From assembly GCA_963770835.1 (NCBI GenBank), contig CAVYRH010000011.1:96001-160000 (forward strand): a stretch of DNA of 64,000 bases, read 5' to 3'. The notes beneath the pieces are model-generated. The model searched no databases and had not been told where the DNA came from. It saw nothing but the letters and a program-made list of their open reading frames with translations. This document shows, piece after piece, positions 60,053 through 64,000 of this stretch. The translations under genes were made by a program, and so were the position numbers. Position 1 is the first letter of the stretch, and each line of letters opens with the position of its first letter. Origin of the DNA: an uncultured Pseudomonadota bacterium (lineage in GTDB: Bacteria; Oederibacteriota; Muellerivitia; Muellerivitales; Muellerivitaceae).

Positions 60053-61117
60053 TTGAACCAAAAATCCAAATCCAATTCCCAAAGAACCCCACCAAACCTG
60101 CTGGAGCTAACGCCATACGACGGATTCCTGGCCCTTTGCAAATCTTCCCACACCAAAGAAAACTACCACCAGGACCTGCGAGTTCTTAAACAATTTCTAG
60201 ATCGTTCCAATATTCATGTTCCGGCGGACGCAAGGCCAGAACAGATGGTCCACTTTGCTGGTGCCTTGACCAAACCAGGTTTTACGCCAAGTGGCAAGCC
60301 CCGGGTTGCTTATTCCACCCGTTCTATGAAGCGCATCTTGGCGACGACACGGTCTTTCTACCGCTATTTGGCTTCCATCCAACATATTGCCACTGATCCT
60401 ACGGCCGTTTTCCACAACCTGGCCATTCGCAGTCCCCAACGCAATCCCCGCCCCTTACCGCCCAAGGACCGCGAAGCCCTGGTAAAAGGTCTCCAAACGG
60501 TCGATTTGGAGGGTCAAAAAGTCAGCTTGGTGGTCTTACTTGGTTATCATTGCGGCCTCCGGGTCTCTGAGATTGCCCATCTCAAAGTTCGGGATTTGGA
60601 CCCAGACCAAGGCCTCGTTACCGTCATCGGCAAAGGCGACAAGGAGCGAACGGTACCCATGACCGAGGCGTTGAAAGAAGTCCTAAAACATTACCTGGGC
60701 AATCGACCGGAAAATTCGGGAGTCCATCTTTTTCCAAGCCCCAGCACCACCAGTAAACCCATTCATGTGGATTATCTGGAAACATGGGTCAAAAAAGCCG
60801 CCCAATGGGCAAATCTTGAAAATCCAACCGAGCTGACCGTACACGTCCTTCGACATTCCTTTGGCACCCAATTGGCCGAATCAGGCGCCAGTGTGTATGA
60901 AATCCGGGATTTGATGGGTCATTCCAGCATCATGGTTAGCGAAAATTACGTAAAGCTGGCCTCCACCAAGGCCCGTTCGGCTCACAGGAAGGCCTTTGAG
61001 GATGGAACCAAGGTTCATGCCTTGAACCTGGGCAGTTTGTTTGGGATCGAATCGGTCTTAAAACGCTTCCGGGCCATAAACCGGAAAACTTTGCCCAATA
61101 ATTCTGATGGAGCTTAA
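60053..61117 (+). CDS. Tyrosine recombinase, XerC/XerD-like
   Basis: GLRVSE, GKGDKER, HVLRHSFGT, MGH, Y. Confidence 0.9.
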   Translation: MNQKSKSNSQRTPPNLLELTPYDGFLALCKSSHTKENYHQDLRVLKQFLDRSNIHVPADARPEQMVHFAGALTKPGFTPSGKPRVAYSTRSMKRILATTRSFYRYLASIQHIATDPTAVFHNLAIRSPQRNPRPLPPKDREALVKGLQTVDLEGQKVSLVVLLGYHCGLRVSEIAHLKVRDLDPDQGLVTVIGKGDKERTVPMTEALKEVLKHYLGNRPENSGVHLFPSPSTTSKPIHVDYLETWVKKAAQWANLENPTELTVHVLRHSFGTQLAESGASVYEIRDLMGHSSIMVSENYVKLASTKARSAHRKAFEDGTKVHALNLGSLFGIESVLKRFRAINRKTLPNNSDGA

Positions 61118-61582
61118 AAATTCTCAAAAGGCCCTTTTAAATTAGTTAAGAGTTTATAAGTTGCGGTTTATGAAGTGGATTTTGAACCAAGAGAAGCTGT
61201 TCGGCAGGCTTCATGGTTTGTTTAAATTTAAGGCGGCCAAAATACGCTGATTTTGCATTTAAATGGCATTCTTTTAGACGATTTTTCACTATCTGCAACT
61301 TTGTACTTGGTATCCCAACGCCTAAAATTGGCTGAAAGCGCCGCTGGAAAACAAACGTTAAGGCCGATTCAAAAGACCAAAATTTTGGTGTCATCGACGT
61401 TAGGATCGACAAACCCCGGAATTTGGTGGATTAATCGGGTTTATGTCATATCGACATTGCATGGTTCATTTCAGGTCCTTTCCAAATTTTGCATTGCTTA
61501 GAGATGGAGTGGATTTCGTTCTGTTTCAAAGGCAAAATCAGGGCTTCTGAAATTTATTAAAGTTTTACTTTAGGGGGTTATC

Positions 61583-62740
61583 CTGTACTTTTCTGACCGT
61601 ACACCCAGGGATCTTTCACCTAATCGAATCGCCCGAGCCATTGAGCAAATAGTTAGACGAGGTATCCTAGATTTAACCGAGTCTAATCCCACTCGTTGCG
61701 GGGTTGACTATCCACCAGACCTCCTTCAGGCCTTAAGCCGGCCAGCTGGATTTACCTATGAACCTCACCCTTTTGGTCTGCCCGAGGCCCGCCATGCGGT
61801 GGCCGACTATCTCAACACCAAGGGCCAATTGGTAGACCCGGCCAAGGTCGTTTTGACTGCTAGTACCAGTGAGGCGTATTCGTTTCTCTTCAAGCTCCTG
61901 GGAGATTCCGGTAGTTCTTTCTTGGTTCCTGCACCAGGTTATCCCCTTCTGGACCATTTGCTGCGCCTGGAAGGCATGGAACTAATTCCCTATCCCCTTC
62001 GAATGGCCGTGGATTGGCCAGTGGACTTAAGACGAACGGAAAAGACTGTAAATTCTGCCTGCCGAGGGCTGGTTGTTGTTAATCCTCACAACCCGACCGG
62101 TACCTTTTTAAGCTGCAAGGATCAAGAAGCCTTAGGAAATATCTGTGACAAAAAACAAATAGCCTACATTGCAGACGAGGTTTTCGCGGATTATGGCTAC
62201 CTTGGTGAGTTTTTTAAGCCTTGGGTACCAAATAATACCCTTTCTTTCCGTCTTGGCGGCCTTTCCAAGAGTGTGGGGCTTCCCCAGCTAAAACTTTCTT
62301 GGATCATCTTGGACGGCCCATCAAGCCTCCTAGATGAATGCCAGAACAGATTGGAACTGGTCGCCGATACCTATTTATCCGTTAATACTCCAGTTCAACT
62401 GGCCCTTAAAGATCTACTGGCATTCGCCCCTTTGTTTCAAAAACAATTAATCGACAGGGTCATGAACAACCGACGTTTTCTTGCCCAAGAGCTCCAAAGC
62501 TTAGATAAAGCCAAACTTTGGCCTGCTCAAGGAGGATGGTATGCGTTGGTAGAAATAACCGAAAAAGATGCCCGGGAGGAACAAATAGTGCTCGACCTAT
62601 TAGAAAAGTACCAGGTTCTTGTCCAGCCTGGGGCTTTTTATGATTTTCCGGTGGGATGTTTCCTGGTTTTAAGTCTTTTGCCCATTCCGACGGTTTTTCA
62701 GGAAGGTGTTGCTAGATTTAAAAAATACATTAAAGGTTAA
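61583..62740 (+). CDS. PLP-dependent aminotransferase class I/II, probable CTG start
   Basis: LDLTESNPT, NPHNPTG, ADEVF, GLSKS; frame open from 61574. Confidence 0.8.
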   Translation: MYFSDRTPRDLSPNRIARAIEQIVRRGILDLTESNPTRCGVDYPPDLLQALSRPAGFTYEPHPFGLPEARHAVADYLNTKGQLVDPAKVVLTASTSEAYSFLFKLLGDSGSSFLVPAPGYPLLDHLLRLEGMELIPYPLRMAVDWPVDLRRTEKTVNSACRGLVVVNPHNPTGTFLSCKDQEALGNICDKKQIAYIADEVFADYGYLGEFFKPWVPNNTLSFRLGGLSKSVGLPQLKLSWIILDGPSSLLDECQNRLELVADTYLSVNTPVQLALKDLLAFAPLFQKQLIDRVMNNRRFLAQELQSLDKAKLWPAQGGWYALVEITEKDAREEQIVLDLLEKYQVLVQPGAFYDFPVGCFLVLSLLPIPTVFQEGVARFKKYIKG

Positions 62741-62765
62741 AAACAAAACCCGGAAGTCAGTCTTT

Positions 62766-63464
62766 TTAGGACTGGAGGTTTTTCAAGCGGCGGCCAGCTT
62801 CCAGTCCCCAACTGCTATCGGCATCAGTTTGAGAAAGGGTTTTCAACTGTTCAATTGACTTAGCCTTATCCTTGTTTCTAAGGTAGATATCCGAGAGTTC
62901 TAAGCGAAGTTCACTCCCGATGAAACTGGTGGAATGATCACGTAAAAAAGCTTCAGCTATAGTAGCGGCTTGTGGAAACTGGTTTTGGGATTCCAAGCAA
63001 AGGATCTTTCCCAAGTAGGCCTCATCTCCCAGGGGAATATCCTTTAATTCCTGAGTGGCTGTATCAAAGCTAGCGTAAGCCTGGGTATATTGACCCAGGG
63101 AGTACTCGCATTTGGCCGCATAATAGCGGGCCAATTTGGCGGTCTGGGTCCCGGAATAATCGGTAAGGATACGTTGAAAAGTTTGAAGAGACTGTTTGTA
63201 TTTTTCAACGTCGCTTTTAAAAGGACCGTTTTGGGGATCAACGGGCGAGTGAAGATAGTATTGACCCCGATTCAACACCTCCTGGGCATCTTTTTCACTT
63301 TGTTCCCGGCTATGGAGTATATATGGAACTCCAATTCCCACCAGCAACAGGACAATACCGGCCACAGCGATGAATTCTTGATGGGCCTTGGCCCAGTCCA
63401 GCCATTTTTCCGTTTCGGACTTTTCGTGCGGGATCGGGTTTAAACCACTCCAATGGGTCGCCAT
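62766..63464 (-). CDS. Membrane-anchored TPR protein (YfgM-like)
   Basis: Single TM then helical TPR-like repeats. Confidence 0.7.
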   Translation of the reverse strand: MATHWSGLNPIPHEKSETEKWLDWAKAHQEFIAVAGIVLLLVGIGVPYILHSREQSEKDAQEVLNRGQYYLHSPVDPQNGPFKSDVEKYKQSLQTFQRILTDYSGTQTAKLARYYAAKCEYSLGQYTQAYASFDTATQELKDIPLGDEAYLGKILCLESQNQFPQAATIAEAFLRDHSTSFIGSELRLELSDIYLRNKDKAKSIEQLKTLSQTDADSSWGLEAGRRLKNLQS

Positions 63465-63512
63465 TCCAACCACCTTTTAAAATCAAGTTTGAGACAAAAT
63501 CTACCGTTTTTC

Positions 63513-63541
63513 AAAAAAGAAGCCTTCCCTTCGGGGAAGGC
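63513..63541 (-). terminator. Terminator after tRNA
   Basis: Minus strand GCCTTCCC-CGAA-GGGAAGGC-TTCTTTTTT. Confidence 0.7.
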
Positions 63542-63550
63542 CTCATCCAA

Positions 63551-63627
63551 TGGTACCCTCGACGCGAATCGAACGCGTGACCTACCCTTTAGGAAAGGGT
63601 CGCTCTATCCAACTGAGCTACGAGGGC
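63551..63627 (-). tRNA. tRNA-Arg(CCT)
   Basis: Minus strand GCCCTCGTAGCTCAGTTGGATAGAGC...anticodon CCT...GTTCGATTC...CGAGGGTACCA. Confidence 0.95.
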
Positions 63628-63667
63628 CTTTTCCTGCAACCCTCAGGTAAAAGGAAGTCCGGTGAAA

Positions 63668-64000
63668 TCAGAACTGAAGTATAGAGAAAACAGGGGTGCT
63701 TTTCAATTTTTCGTGGCCGTTAAGGAACCTTAAATGAATAAGAAAACAGGCCCCTACCACATCTCCTCCGGCCCTTTCCACTAGCCGAATGGTCGCAGCG
63801 GCGGTGCCACCAGTTGCCAAGACGTCGTCCAAGATTAAAATTTTATCCCCTTTGGAAATGGAATCTTCATGAATTTCAAGGGTGTCTGTCCCATATTCCA
63901 GTTCATAAGTTTCCCGAAGGGTCTTCCATGGTAACTTTCCAGGTTTTCGCACCGGGATGAAAGAGATGCCCATAAAGGTGGACAATGCGCCACCCAGGAT
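63668..64000 (-). CDS. apt: Adenine phosphoribosyltransferase, 5' end outside window
   Basis: [25 protein letters not shown]. Confidence 0.93.
   Translation of the reverse strand: MLGGALSTFMGISFIPVRKPGKLPWKTLRETYELEYGTDTLEIHEDSISKGDKILILDDVLATGGTAAATIRLVERAGGDVVGACFLIHLRFLNGHEKLKSTPVFSILQF

Noticed and set aside
61118..61570. dif site or oriC in the AT-rich gap
   Set aside because: No recognisable XerD arm or DnaA-box cluster by eye.
60053..63627. Integrative island at tRNA-Arg
   Set aside because: No duplication of the tRNA 3' end was seen, and flanking genes are housekeeping.

Overview
Bacterial chromosomal window in three parts. (1) About 1-19.9 kb is an accessory array of short, co-oriented modules: trehalose genes, MFS, TMEM175-like, MetF-like, EamA, an ABC substrate-binding protein, two toxin-antitoxin pairs and orphan membrane proteins. 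The modules are separated by directly oriented copies of a 28-bp quasi-palindrome (consensus TGTCCACGACG-GGGACC-CGTCGTGGACA) that is not a canonical integron attC. A group II intron family sits at the right edge of this repeat: one RT-encoding copy (~11.4-13.4 kb), two apparently identical ~0.8-kb ORF-less copies, and the 3' end of a third at the window start. A domain I loop (candidate EBS1, UGUCCA/UGUCUA) is complementary to the repeat, and the termini look non-canonical (ATC before GTGCC; 3' end TGC rather than YAY). The recN upstream leader is present three times across the array. (2) About 20-32.6 kb holds recN, a GNAT and a second variable patch with secreted proteins, one more 28-bp site and an IS256-family element splitting a gene. 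(3) About 32.7-64 kb is mostly housekeeping: leuS, lptE, holA, rpsT, murJ, ogt, a Ser/Thr kinase-NHL plus FHA-GAF-cyclase pair, mutL, miaA, sppA, an Omp85-domain protein, a Xer-like recombinase, an aminotransferase, tRNA-Arg(CCT) and apt. Product calls come from motif recognition by eye, not database searches.
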